DNA of 64,000 nt from a virus (lineage: Duplodnaviria > Caudoviricetes), in the IMG/VR virus record IMGVR_UViG_3300031786_000572, positions 1 to 64,000 of that record; one strand, given 5' to 3'. Of the stretch, positions 1 through 9,144 are shown in pieces. Within the stretch, counting starts at the first letter, position 1. Each line of letters begins with the position of its first letter. The translations under genes and the position numbers were made by a program. The notes under the pieces were generated by a model. It made no database searches. It was not told where the DNA came from and was given only the letters and a program-made list of their open reading frames with translations.

Positions 1-114
1 CGCGGAGATTCCAAATTTAATAAAGCCGCGGATCCTATGGCAATCGCAACACGAGATAAAATATTTAAAGTTTCTAAAGAATCAGAAGATGAGGTTGCAT
101 CTATCTTAAAATAA
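1..114 (+). CDS. 3' end of an upstream gene (partial, RGDSKFNKAADPMAIATRDKIFKVSKESEDEVASILK*)
   Basis: Open frame from base 1 to TAA at 112-114, same strand as neighbours. Confidence 0.5.
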   Translation, partial: RGDSKFNKAADPMAIATRDKIFKVSKESEDEVASILK

Positions 115-134
115 AGAACTATTATATTACTTGT

Positions 135-144
135 GAATATATAA
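135..144 (+). promoter_or_regulatory. Putative phage late-type promoter (GAATATATAA)
   Basis: Same G(A)ATATATA motif recurs in intergenic gaps at 13200, 18123, 20032, 29864, 48458 and 62701. Confidence 0.45.
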
Positions 145-184
145 TCTATAACCATGTGATCTTTAATCACGCAAAACTACATTT

Positions 185-523
185 ATGTTAAAAAGATTTT
201 TTAACTTCCTATTCGGGAAAAAAGAGGTTCCTACAGTATCAGTTGAATTAAACACAATCGAAGTTTCTGCACCAGAAACGGTTAAACCAATTGAAGATGT
301 GTACTTTCCTGTAACTGCTCTTGCTGAAGCTACTCCAGTGGTTGAAAAACCAAAGAAAGCTCGCAAGCCAAGAGGACCAAGAAAACCAAAAGCGGTTGCA
401 ACTGAAACTGTTGCTGCAGATGCTGAAACAGCAGAAGCAAAACCAAAGAAACGCAGATACTACAAACCGCGTAAAAAGAAAACTGACACTGGCTCAGCAA
501 GTTCACAAGAAAAGAGCCTTTAA
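185..523 (+). CDS. Hypothetical basic, Lys/Arg/Pro-rich protein
   Basis: 112-aa ORF with KPKKARKPRGPRKPK and KKRRYYKPRKKK tracts; followed by a terminator. Confidence 0.7.
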   Translation: MLKRFFNFLFGKKEVPTVSVELNTIEVSAPETVKPIEDVYFPVTALAEATPVVEKPKKARKPRGPRKPKAVATETVAADAETAEAKPKKRRYYKPRKKKTDTGSASSQEKSL

Positions 524-538
524 TTAGGCTCTTTTTTT
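511..538 (+). terminator. Rho-independent terminator
   Basis: AAAGAGCCT-ttaatt-AGGCTCTTT stem-loop followed by a T run. Confidence 0.8.
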
Positions 539-567
539 AATGATGAAATCAATAGTAAATAAATTAT

Positions 568-1719
568 ATGAAAAACGACAAATCTCCTAAGATATGTCTT
601 AATATGATCGTTAAGAATGAATCTAAGATCATAAAAAGATGTTTGGATTCTGTAATGCCATTTATTGATACTTGGTGTATAGTTGACACCGGATCTACTG
701 ATGGAACGCAGGATATTATTAAGGAGCTCCTAAAAGATAAACCAGGAATCCTATATGAAAAACCTTGGATTAATTTTGGTCATAACCGTAATGAAGCATT
801 AGAGCTTGCAAGATCGTGGGGCGATTTTATTCTTTTAACTGATGCTGATATGGTATTAGTAGATAAAGGATTTGATAAAAACCAATTAAACAAAAACGTT
901 GATGTATATGATATTATGCAAGATAACTTAGGTACTTGCTATAATAACATGCGTATATTAAACACAAAGAAAACCTGGCAATGTCATGGAGTAACTCATG
1001 AATATTACGGACCAGTGGAAGGTGTTGAAACACGTGACTTTATTAATACTCTTTACTTTGATGATATATCAGATGGAGGTTCTAAAGCTGATAAATTCCC
1101 ACGAGATATTGCATTACTTGAGCAAGGACTAATTGATGAACCTGATAATTATCGTTATATGTTTTATCTAGCTCAATCATACCGTGATTCAGGTAATCCT
1201 GACAAAGCTATTGAATGGTACACAAAACGAGTTGAAGCAGGTGGCTGGGAAGAAGAACAATGGTTTGCGCAATATATGATAGGATGGTGCATGTTTAATA
1301 AAGGTATGTCTTTTGACGAAGTCTATCCTACATTAATGAAAGCATGGATGATGAGACCTTGGAGATCTGAACCTATTGCTGCACTTGCTGACCACGCAAA
1401 AGCAAAAGGAATGTGGCAACATGCATATCAGTTATTTAAAATAGTTGCAACTACACCTTGGCCTACAAATGATGTTTTATTTATTACAAAACTTATTTAT
1501 GGTCCTTATGCTGCTGATGAGTTTGCTGTTGCTGCGTATTATTCTGGACACCCTGATGAAGCTGAAAAGGCAGGTCTAGCGGTATTAAATGATCCAGAGG
1601 TTGATCCTAACCAAATACCGAGAATTAAGAAAAATATTTGGTTCGCTAGAAAAGCTATGGGTGTATTCTCACCAGAATCATTAAACAAATACATTGAAGA
1701 AAAACGCAAAAGAATATGA
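568..1719 (+). CDS. GT2-family glycosyltransferase with C-terminal TPR region
   Basis: ICLNMIVKNE...IVDTGSTDGT and TDAD (DxD) motifs; C-terminal helical repeats (RYMFYLAQSYRDSG..KAIEWY). Confidence 0.9.
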   Translation: MKNDKSPKICLNMIVKNESKIIKRCLDSVMPFIDTWCIVDTGSTDGTQDIIKELLKDKPGILYEKPWINFGHNRNEALELARSWGDFILLTDADMVLVDKGFDKNQLNKNVDVYDIMQDNLGTCYNNMRILNTKKTWQCHGVTHEYYGPVEGVETRDFINTLYFDDISDGGSKADKFPRDIALLEQGLIDEPDNYRYMFYLAQSYRDSGNPDKAIEWYTKRVEAGGWEEEQWFAQYMIGWCMFNKGMSFDEVYPTLMKAWMMRPWRSEPIAALADHAKAKGMWQHAYQLFKIVATTPWPTNDVLFITKLIYGPYAADEFAVAAYYSGHPDEAEKAGLAVLNDPEVDPNQIPRIKKNIWFARKAMGVFSPESLNKYIEEKRKRI

Positions 1720-3329
1720 ATATAGCAGTAATGGCATCTGTTTATGGTTATGCGCCTGAACAGATAAAACCGTGGATAGAAAGTTTAAAATCATCAGGAT
1801 TTAAAGGTAAAGTATTTGTGATTGTTTATAATCCTGACGGTGAAGAATTATTACAGTACTTAAAAGATAATGGCGTGTTTACTTTCACTTCTTATTTAAA
1901 CGGTGAAACTAATATGGCAACTCAAAGATTCTTGCAATATCAAGAAATTCTTAAAAGTGAATACTCTGATGATGTTGATGTGGTTATTACAACAGACATA
2001 CGTGATGTTGTGTTTCAATCTGACCCTGGCGTTTGGGTAAAAAATAACATACAAGATTATGATTTATTAGCAACATCAGAAGGTGTTACTTTTAGACATG
2101 AAGATTGGGGTGGTGAAGCTCTTGAAACACATTTTGGTAAAGAAATGTTTTTAAAGTTTGCTGATAGAGAAACTATCTGTTCAGGCGTGATAGCAGGTAA
2201 AAAAGAAACTATGATTAAACTTTTTGAAACTGTTTATGAATTGGCATTCTTTTCTCAAGATCCTGGTGCATTCATTGACCAAATCTTTTATGCAATCGCA
2301 ATTTATGAAATCTACAATGATATCACTAAAATAGTTCCTGCAACTGAAAACTGGTGTGCAAATCTTGGAACATTGAAAGCAATACCTGAAAACATGCCTT
2401 CATGGTCAACAGGTACAAGAACGGGAACAGCATCTTACGAAAGGTTTAGAAAGAATAAAACTTTTGTTGAAACTATGAAATGCAAAGTTCCAGTGATGAA
2501 AGACGATGGTTTAATATACGCAGATAATGGATTACCGTTTGCTATAGTTCATCAGTATGACAGATATCAGCCGTGGAACATAAAAATACTTAATAGGCTA
2601 AAAATAGATCTTCCTATTTTAAACAGACCTATGATGGGCACTCCTTATGATAAAAGCAAGTTAGACAGATTAAAAGTAAAGTTTGATGGTGTAGAAAAAA
2701 TAAGTAGAAATACTTCTCAATGTTATCAAGATTTATTTGTATTAGCTGCCACTAATGGAAAACGTAATGGTACTTTCCTTGAGATTGGTGCACAAGATGC
2801 TCAATTTTGCAATAATACATACATATTAGAAAAATTATATGATTGGAAAGGAATATCAATTGATATTGATGAAGTTCATAAAAAATCATTTGAATATTTT
2901 GATAGATCTAATACTAATCTTGTAATCCAAGATGCACTTACTATTGATTACACAAAGTTATTAAAAGATAATAACATGCCTTCCCATATAGACTTTTTAC
3001 AACTTGACATTGATCCGTCGGAAATTACATTTGAATGTTTAATGAAAATTCCGTTTGACAAATACACTTTTTCAGTTATTACATATGAAACGGATTTCTT
3101 TGCTAAAAACAACACAAATGAGGAAGAACTTGTAAAGATACGTAAAGAATCTCGTGAATACATTCAATCTAAAGGATATGTTCTATTAGCCGGTGATGTT
3201 TGTGTAACTAATGCTAATGAACCTTTTGAAGATTGGTATGTACACCCATCATTTGTAGATTTAGAAAGATTAAAACCACTAATGGTTGGAGATTTTCATG
3301 ACACCGCAGAAAACTTAATGTTAAACTAA
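1716..3329 (+). CDS. Fusion of a GT-A-like glycosyltransferase domain and an FkbM-type SAM methyltransferase
   Basis: N-terminal ITTDIRDVVFQ (DxxD) and VHQYDR motifs; C-terminal FLEIGAQD, IDFLQLDID and FSVITYETD motifs. Confidence 0.75.
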   Translation: MNIAVMASVYGYAPEQIKPWIESLKSSGFKGKVFVIVYNPDGEELLQYLKDNGVFTFTSYLNGETNMATQRFLQYQEILKSEYSDDVDVVITTDIRDVVFQSDPGVWVKNNIQDYDLLATSEGVTFRHEDWGGEALETHFGKEMFLKFADRETICSGVIAGKKETMIKLFETVYELAFFSQDPGAFIDQIFYAIAIYEIYNDITKIVPATENWCANLGTLKAIPENMPSWSTGTRTGTASYERFRKNKTFVETMKCKVPVMKDDGLIYADNGLPFAIVHQYDRYQPWNIKILNRLKIDLPILNRPMMGTPYDKSKLDRLKVKFDGVEKISRNTSQCYQDLFVLAATNGKRNGTFLEIGAQDAQFCNNTYILEKLYDWKGISIDIDEVHKKSFEYFDRSNTNLVIQDALTIDYTKLLKDNNMPSHIDFLQLDIDPSEITFECLMKIPFDKYTFSVITYETDFFAKNNTNEEELVKIRKESREYIQSKGYVLLAGDVCVTNANEPFEDWYVHPSFVDLERLKPLMVGDFHDTAENLMLN

Positions 3330-3330
3330 C

Positions 3331-4293
3331 ATGAAAAAAAGAGCTTTAATTACAGGAATTACCGGTATGGACGGCAGTCATTTAGCTGAGTTCCTCCTTA
3401 AAAAAGGATATGAAGTATACGGAATAGAAAGACGTACTACTGCTGAAGAAAGAACAAATCTAAAAGGTATTGAAAATGATATAGTTTTCTTAACTGGTGA
3501 TATTACTGACCAAAACAGTTTAAGAAGATGTTTAAAAGAATCAAGACCACATGAAGTTTATAATCTTGCAGCACAATCCTTTGTTGGTGAAAGCTGGAAC
3601 ACACCAGAACATACTTCTGAAGTAACAGGAATTGGTGTATTAAGAATCCTTGAAGCTATCCGTGAATATGACAAGAGTATAAAATTTTACCAAGCGTCTT
3701 CATCTGAAATGTTTGGTAAAATGACTACTCCTATTGCAAATGAAGAAACTCAATTTTATCCAAGAAGTCCTTACGGCGTCTCAAAATTATACGGACATTG
3801 GATGACAAAGAATTACCGAGAATCTTATGGTATGTTTGCTTGTAGCGGAATATTATTTAATCACGAGTCTGAAAGAAGAGGACTATCATTTGTAACAAGA
3901 AAAATAACTGACGGCGTTGCTAAAATACATTTAGGTAAAAAAGACCATATATCTTTAGGAAACTTAGATTCTCAAAGAGACTGGGGTTATGCACCGGATT
4001 TTGTTGAAGCAATGTGGTTAATGTTACAACAAGATGCTCCGGATGATTATGTAATAGCAACAGGAAAGAAACATTCTATTAGAGAATTTTTACAAGCTGC
4101 ATTTGCTGAAATAGGTGTAACAGATTGGGAGAAATATATCAAACAAGATCCGCAATTTATGAGACCTGCTGAAGTTGATGTTTTACTTGGAGATTACACA
4201 AAAGCAAAAACTGAATTAGGATGGGAACCACGCACTCCTTTTGATGTTATGGTAAAAAGAATGGTGCAAAACGATATTAAATTAAATAAGTAA
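3331..4293 (+). CDS. gmd: GDP-mannose 4,6-dehydratase
   Basis: ALITGITGMDGSHLAE, YNLAAQSFV, YQASSSEMFG, PRSPYGVSKLY, GILFNHES, RDWGYA and RPAEVDVLLGD motifs. Confidence 0.96.
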   Translation: MKKRALITGITGMDGSHLAEFLLKKGYEVYGIERRTTAEERTNLKGIENDIVFLTGDITDQNSLRRCLKESRPHEVYNLAAQSFVGESWNTPEHTSEVTGIGVLRILEAIREYDKSIKFYQASSSEMFGKMTTPIANEETQFYPRSPYGVSKLYGHWMTKNYRESYGMFACSGILFNHESERRGLSFVTRKITDGVAKIHLGKKDHISLGNLDSQRDWGYAPDFVEAMWLMLQQDAPDDYVIATGKKHSIREFLQAAFAEIGVTDWEKYIKQDPQFMRPAEVDVLLGDYTKAKTELGWEPRTPFDVMVKRMVQNDIKLNK

Positions 4294-5990
4294 TGGCAAA
4301 AATCACAATAGTAGTTCATCGCTATTATCCGTATCCAGGAGGCTCTGAAAATAATGTAAGAAGAGCTGCAGAAGCATTACAACAAGCAGGCCATGATGTA
4401 TGCGTTTATGCAGGAGGCCACCAAGGCCCTCAAAATGGTGTTGATGTAAATTATGATATTAGTAGTCTGTATAATAGAGACTTGGTAATTATTCATGGCG
4501 CTGGTGTTTGGATCCAGGACCAAATTATTAAAAACATTAATCACATTAATTCACCGATAGCATTTTGGATTATAAGACCTGATACTTCATACGAACAAGC
4601 TTTGGCTATTAGAGACTCTGATTTAATTGGTTGGGGTACACAATATGATATTGATAGAGTTTCTAGAGAAGGTGATGAATACTTACACAAGTTATGCCAC
4701 ATACCGTATATCCTATCAGAAGATTCTATTGGTAAACCTGGTTTCAAGAAAAAACACGGAATAGAAACTGAAAGAATGATTTTATCATCAGGAGGTTTCT
4801 GGCCACATAAAGGTCACCAAGAACTAATTAATGTGTTTGAGGAAAACTTAAATGACCATCCTAATACTACATTGGTGATTACAGGTTATACTGGCGCTGA
4901 TCATAATTTAAGTTATACTTCTAACCAAGTAAAAATTCTTTACTTACCGGAAATGTCTGATGTTTATAATGGTATGTTAGAGGCTGATCTTTATGTAATG
5001 AATTCTTACGATGAAGGTTTTGGATTAGTTCTTTTAGAAGCAATGCAAAATAAAACACATTGGATATCTCGTCATATTGCAGGAGCTGATACGTTAAAAG
5101 ACTGGGGAGTTACATATACCGATACTGATGGTTTAAAAGCTGCATTAAAAACAGATCAATCTAAATCAGACTTACAAAATGCTTATGCATATGTTTTGGA
5201 AAATCATTCAGCAAAAACTATGGTGCATGCAATTAATGGCATGTTAACCCGCTTGGGAAAGACATTAGACATTAAAGAACCAAAGAAAACTGCAATTCTT
5301 CTTACGGGAAATTTAAGAACGTGGGATTTATGTAAAGAAAACTTTATTAAAACGTTTGGTGAGACCGCAGATATCTTTATTTGCGTATCAGACATAAAAT
5401 ATGATTATGCTCCATACATACAAGAAACTTACACAGGATATGAAGATTCATATCTAACAGAAGAAGATATCTTAAATAGTTTTACTGGACTTAACATCAA
5501 GAAAATATTGATAGAAAGTAAAGAAGAAGAACTTGCATACATTGAAAAAGAAGTTCCAAAATTTAAACTTGATGTGTCAGGAGATTTTAATCCGCCACAG
5601 AAATTTGGAAATGTTTTAAAGATTAAGAAAGGTCTTTCTTTAATAGAAGAATATGAAAATGAAAATAGCATAAAATATGATACAATAATTAAGACAAGGT
5701 TTGATGCTGTTTATAATCAAGTTGTTTTAGATATTAATGATAATGACATTTTAATAGATAGCGGCAACTGTTTTCCAAACGATCAATTTTTAATGTCTAG
5801 CAGGGACTCTATGTATGATGTTATTAACTTTATGTATGATGAATTTTACAACCCAGTGTATTCTGATAGTCACACGGTTCCTCCACATACTTTACTGTTA
5901 AATGGAATGAATCATAATAAACTTAACATAGTTAAGAAACCAATAATTAACTACATACATCGAAAAGATTATGGACCACAACGTTTCTAA
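4293..5990 (+). CDS. GT4 (GT-B) glycosyltransferase fused to a second putative glycosyltransferase-like domain
   Basis: YYPYPGGSENNV and DEGFGLVLLEAM (ExFGxxxxEA) motifs; C-terminal domain starts KTAILLTGNLRTW and has IIKTRFDA. Confidence 0.8.
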   Translation: MAKITIVVHRYYPYPGGSENNVRRAAEALQQAGHDVCVYAGGHQGPQNGVDVNYDISSLYNRDLVIIHGAGVWIQDQIIKNINHINSPIAFWIIRPDTSYEQALAIRDSDLIGWGTQYDIDRVSREGDEYLHKLCHIPYILSEDSIGKPGFKKKHGIETERMILSSGGFWPHKGHQELINVFEENLNDHPNTTLVITGYTGADHNLSYTSNQVKILYLPEMSDVYNGMLEADLYVMNSYDEGFGLVLLEAMQNKTHWISRHIAGADTLKDWGVTYTDTDGLKAALKTDQSKSDLQNAYAYVLENHSAKTMVHAINGMLTRLGKTLDIKEPKKTAILLTGNLRTWDLCKENFIKTFGETADIFICVSDIKYDYAPYIQETYTGYEDSYLTEEDILNSFTGLNIKKILIESKEEELAYIEKEVPKFKLDVSGDFNPPQKFGNVLKIKKGLSLIEEYENENSIKYDTIIKTRFDAVYNQVVLDINDNDILIDSGNCFPNDQFLMSSRDSMYDVINFMYDEFYNPVYSDSHTVPPHTLLLNGMNHNKLNIVKKPIINYIHRKDYGPQRF

Positions 5991-7362
5991 TAGAATTAAA
6001 CTTATACTTTTTGATCTTGATGGAGTTTTGGTTGAAGCAAAGCAAATTCATTATGATAGTTTAAACAAAGCTCTTAGTGAAATTAATCCATCATATGAAA
6101 TAAGCTGGCAAGAACATTTGAGTTTGTATGATGGATTAAAAACATCACAAAAGTTAGAAATGCTGCATGAACGCAAAGGACTTCCAATAGAATCGTTTAC
6201 TAAAGTTTGGGAAAGAAAGCAGGAAATAACTTTAACTGAATTAGAACTTTTACAACCCAATGAAGATTTAATTAATCTTTTTAAAGTTCTTTCTAACGAT
6301 TACAAAATTGCTTGTTGCTCAAATTCTATTCGTAATACAATTATTAAAGTTTTAACTAAGTTTGGAATCATTGAGTATTTTGACTTTATTATATCAAATG
6401 AAGATGTTAAGAATAGCAAACCTCATCCTGAGATTTATTGGAAAGCAATGTCTTGGTTTGGAATGCTTCCTGAAGAAACCCTTATTTTAGAAGATTCACC
6501 GTATGGACTTTATGCGGCTGCAAGATCCCAATCTCATATACTGCGTGTTAAGAATCCGTCAGAAGTTACTCTGCCTAACATTAATAAAAAAATATCTGAA
6601 ATAGATAACCACCCAATTATGAAACCTAAATGGACTGATAAAAAACTGAATGTGTTAATTCCTATGGCTGGTGCTGGTAGCCGGTTTGAACAAGCAGGGT
6701 ATACATTTCCTAAACCACTTATAGAAGTTAACAAGAAACCTATGATTCAGTTGGTTATAGAAAATCTAAACATAGATGCAAATTACATTTTTATCGTACA
6801 AAAAGTTCACAGAGAAAAATACAATCTTGATGCGCTACTTGGACTAATTACACCAAATTGTAAAATCGTAGAGGTAGACGGTATAACTGAAGGCGCTGCT
6901 TGTACGTCATTACTTGCTAAAGAATTTATAGATAACGATAATCCGTTGTTCTTTGCAAATTCTGACCAATTTGTTGAGTGGGATTCCACTGAATTTATGT
7001 ATAAGATGAATGAAACTGATTGTGATGGCGGAATTGTAACATTTAAAGCAACACACCCAAAATGGTCTTTTGCTAAGATTAATGAATCAACGGGTCTTGT
7101 TGAAGAAGTTGCGGAAAAAAGTACTATTAGTGATGATGCAACTGTTGGATTTTACTATTGGAAGCACGGTTCAGATTTTGTTAAGTACGCTGAAGAAATG
7201 ATTGAGCAAAACATAAGAGTTAATGGAGAATTTTACGTATGTCCTGTTTTTAACCAAGCAATTAAAGATGACAAACATATTAGAACATTAACTATAAAAG
7301 AAATGTGGGGTTTAGGTACTCCTGAAGATTTACGTTACTATTTAGAAAATTACAACAAATGA
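5971..7362 (+). CDS. HAD-family phosphatase fused to a sugar-phosphate nucleotidyltransferase
   Basis: LFDLDGVL, SKPHPEIY and ILEDSPYG HAD motifs; LIPMAGAGSRF..GYTFPKPLI and GLGTPEDL nucleotidyltransferase motifs. Confidence 0.88.
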   Translation: MDHNVSNRIKLILFDLDGVLVEAKQIHYDSLNKALSEINPSYEISWQEHLSLYDGLKTSQKLEMLHERKGLPIESFTKVWERKQEITLTELELLQPNEDLINLFKVLSNDYKIACCSNSIRNTIIKVLTKFGIIEYFDFIISNEDVKNSKPHPEIYWKAMSWFGMLPEETLILEDSPYGLYAAARSQSHILRVKNPSEVTLPNINKKISEIDNHPIMKPKWTDKKLNVLIPMAGAGSRFEQAGYTFPKPLIEVNKKPMIQLVIENLNIDANYIFIVQKVHREKYNLDALLGLITPNCKIVEVDGITEGAACTSLLAKEFIDNDNPLFFANSDQFVEWDSTEFMYKMNETDCDGGIVTFKATHPKWSFAKINESTGLVEEVAEKSTISDDATVGFYYWKHGSDFVKYAEEMIEQNIRVNGEFYVCPVFNQAIKDDKHIRTLTIKEMWGLGTPEDLRYYLENYNK

Positions 7363-7802
7363 TATACATAGCTCATAGAGGAAATACTAATGGTAAGTTT
7401 GAATCATACGAAAATGAACCAAATTACATTGATGCAGCAATTAATCAAGGCTACGATGTTGAAGTTGATGTATGGTTTATTGACGGACTATTATATTTAG
7501 GTCATGATAATCCTCAATACGGAGTTGATTTTAGATGGTTTAGAGATAGACTATCAAAACTCTGGATTCATTGTAAAAATGTTGAAGCTATGGAATATTT
7601 TGTAAAAGGAGGATATGACTTTAATTTCTTTTGGCATGAAACCGACACATTAACATTAACTAGCTTAGGGCATGTTTGGGTTTATCCAGGTAAACAACCT
7701 ATAAAAGATTCCGTTGCGGTTCTCCCCGAATTATTTGATGATGATGTTAGTCAATGTTCAGCTATATGTTCAGATTTTGTAGACAAGTATAAAAGTTGTT
7801 AA
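7359..7802 (+). CDS. Glycerophosphodiester phosphodiesterase (GDPD)-like protein
   Basis: IAHRGN, ENEP, DVEVDVW and LYLGHD motifs; translationally coupled to the nucleotidyltransferase. Confidence 0.8.
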   Translation: MIYIAHRGNTNGKFESYENEPNYIDAAINQGYDVEVDVWFIDGLLYLGHDNPQYGVDFRWFRDRLSKLWIHCKNVEAMEYFVKGGYDFNFFWHETDTLTLTSLGHVWVYPGKQPIKDSVAVLPELFDDDVSQCSAICSDFVDKYKSC

Positions 7803-7860
7803 TAACTTTAGTCCCACAAATTTTTATTTGTGGGTTTTTTGTATTAATTTTAACTATCAA
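7797..7860 (+). promoter_or_regulatory. Host-type (Bacteroidota-like) early promoter with upstream TGTTAATAACTT box
   Basis: TAATTTTA at 7845 plus ACTATCAA; the -33 position reads TTTT rather than TTTG. Confidence 0.65.
7813..7840 (+). terminator. Rho-independent terminator within the cassette (end of the glycan operon)
   Basis: CCCACAAAT-tttt-ATTTGTGGG followed by T6. Confidence 0.75.
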
Positions 7861-7878
7861 TATAAAACTATACACTAT

Positions 7879-8097
7879 ATGAACGCATTCTGTGAAAATC
7901 TTAAAGGAGTCGAAAAGGTAATGTACAAATCAGCATTTAACTTTCATATGAAATATCATGCAGGCGCTACTGATGAATCTGCACATGAGGCTGGTCTTAA
8001 AGAATTAAAAAGATTAGGAAAACTTAGAGAAGAGCATTCAAAACCAGAAGTATGGGTTGATTTATCAACTGGAGAAAAACATTTAGCAAATTACTAA
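7879..8097 (+). CDS. Hypothetical protein, 72 aa (start corrected to ATG 7879)
   Basis: The track's longer start lies inside the promoter repeat; the ATG follows an A/C-rich leader. Confidence 0.75.
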   Translation: MNAFCENLKGVEKVMYKSAFNFHMKYHAGATDESAHEAGLKELKRLGKLREEHSKPEVWVDLSTGEKHLANY

Positions 8098-8149
8098 TCA
8101 TAGAAGAAACTAAACCAAAGGTTACAAGAAATTAAGAACACTTAAAATT

Positions 8150-8213
8150 TGTTAATAACTTTTTACCCCAAAGTTTGCTACTATCAACAATAATAGTTAA
8201 ATTTAACTATCAA
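8150..8213 (+). promoter_or_regulatory. Host-type early promoter with TGTTAATAACTT box
   Basis: TTTG(8174)-N20-TAAATTTA(8198)-ACTATCAA; resembles the Bacteroidota -33/-7 consensus TTTG..TAnnTTTG. Confidence 0.75.
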
Positions 8214-8239
8214 TTAAAAAATAATTAAAATTAATCGTT

Positions 8240-8647
8240 ATGTTTTTTAACAATCCTGACAAACGTCCAAAGATGGCAGAACTAGAAGAAAAAATGTTTT
8301 CTGTTGTCGAATCTATGCTTAAAGCACCTGACTGCATTATTGAAATAGATCCTGATGATATGAGTTACATGCTATCATTAGAAAAAGAACAATATTACAT
8401 GTTATTAGACGGTAATGGTGTTCAATTTAGTAATCACGGTTTTATTGTGATTAAGTCGTATTCTTCCAAAGTTCTTGACTACTTTAAACACACAGTCAAA
8501 AAGGAAACTATGCGCAGAAGAAAACTTCGTAAAAATGAAATCTTCAAAAACGAAGGTAACTTGCTAGTTAGCATCAATGAAAAACTAATTAAGCGCATGC
8601 CTGTAGAATTTCCATTACAGGTTGTAGGCATGTCGGCTGACGCATAA
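8240..8647 (+). CDS. Hypothetical protein
   Basis: 135-aa ORF directly after a promoter. Confidence 0.75.
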   Translation: MFFNNPDKRPKMAELEEKMFSVVESMLKAPDCIIEIDPDDMSYMLSLEKEQYYMLLDGNGVQFSNHGFIVIKSYSSKVLDYFKHTVKKETMRRRKLRKNEIFKNEGNLLVSINEKLIKRMPVEFPLQVVGMSADA

Positions 8648-8649
8648 AG

Positions 8650-8714
8650 TTTAACAAAATTTTAACATTCTAAATTTGCTTTGCATTGGTATTTTGGTTA
8701 ATTTTAACTATCAA
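8650..8714 (+). promoter_or_regulatory. Host-type early promoter with TTAACA-N5-TTAACA direct repeat
   Basis: TTAACA at 8651 and 8662; TTTG(8675)-N20-TAATTTTA(8699)-ACTATCAA. Confidence 0.75.
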
Positions 8715-8730
8715 ATTAAAAATACACAAA

Positions 8731-8847
8731 ATGAAAACCGTTACTTTTACAATGCAAGAGATTTGGGCAGCTTCTAAAAGATCTGTTCAAAAGAATAAGA
8801 AAAAATACGACCGTAAAGAAAAACACAAAAACTTTAAAAACAAATAA
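8731..8847 (+). CDS. 38-aa basic peptide with an ArfA-like motif (not in the ORF track)
   Basis: MKTVTFTMQEIWAASKRSVQKNKKKYDRKEKHKNFKNK; first ATG after the promoter; stop is 1 nt before the next ATG. Confidence 0.7.
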   Translation: MKTVTFTMQEIWAASKRSVQKNKKKYDRKEKHKNFKNK

Positions 8848-8848
8848 T

Positions 8849-9124
8849 ATGAAAAGATTCTTAATCTTAGCCACATTGGTTTTATTACTTGCTTCTTGTA
8901 CTGACCAACAAATGGCAAAAGACTGGGGTGGAACGTCTACCGTAAATTTGCCAGCTGGTGAAAAACTTGTAAACGTTACCTGGAAAGGTGAAGCTGACAT
9001 CTGGTACTTGACTCGCCCAATGAATGCAAAAGATTCTGTTGAAACCTATACATTCCGTCAAGAAAAAGGCTCAGTCTTTAATCTTACTGGAGACGGAGTG
9101 GTAATCATAAAAGAATCCAAATAA
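8849..9124 (+). CDS. Putative lipoprotein
   Basis: MKRFLILATLVLLLASC lipobox signal peptide. Confidence 0.75.
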   Translation: MKRFLILATLVLLLASCTDQQMAKDWGGTSTVNLPAGEKLVNVTWKGEADIWYLTRPMNAKDSVETYTFRQEKGSVFNLTGDGVVIIKESK

Positions 9125-9144
9125 GTTTAACAAAAACCAAAATT

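Larger units (their letters stand above)
7796..7883 (+). repeat. 88-bp terminator/promoter cassette, copy 1
   Basis: 85/88 identical to 15601-15688; ends at the ATG of the downstream gene. Confidence 0.95.

Noticed and set aside
7828-7878. Shared N-terminus MWVFCINFNYQ of track ORFs 7828 and 15633 as a protein motif
   Set aside because: It is translation of the non-coding 88-bp repeat; the real starts are the ATGs at 7879 and 15684
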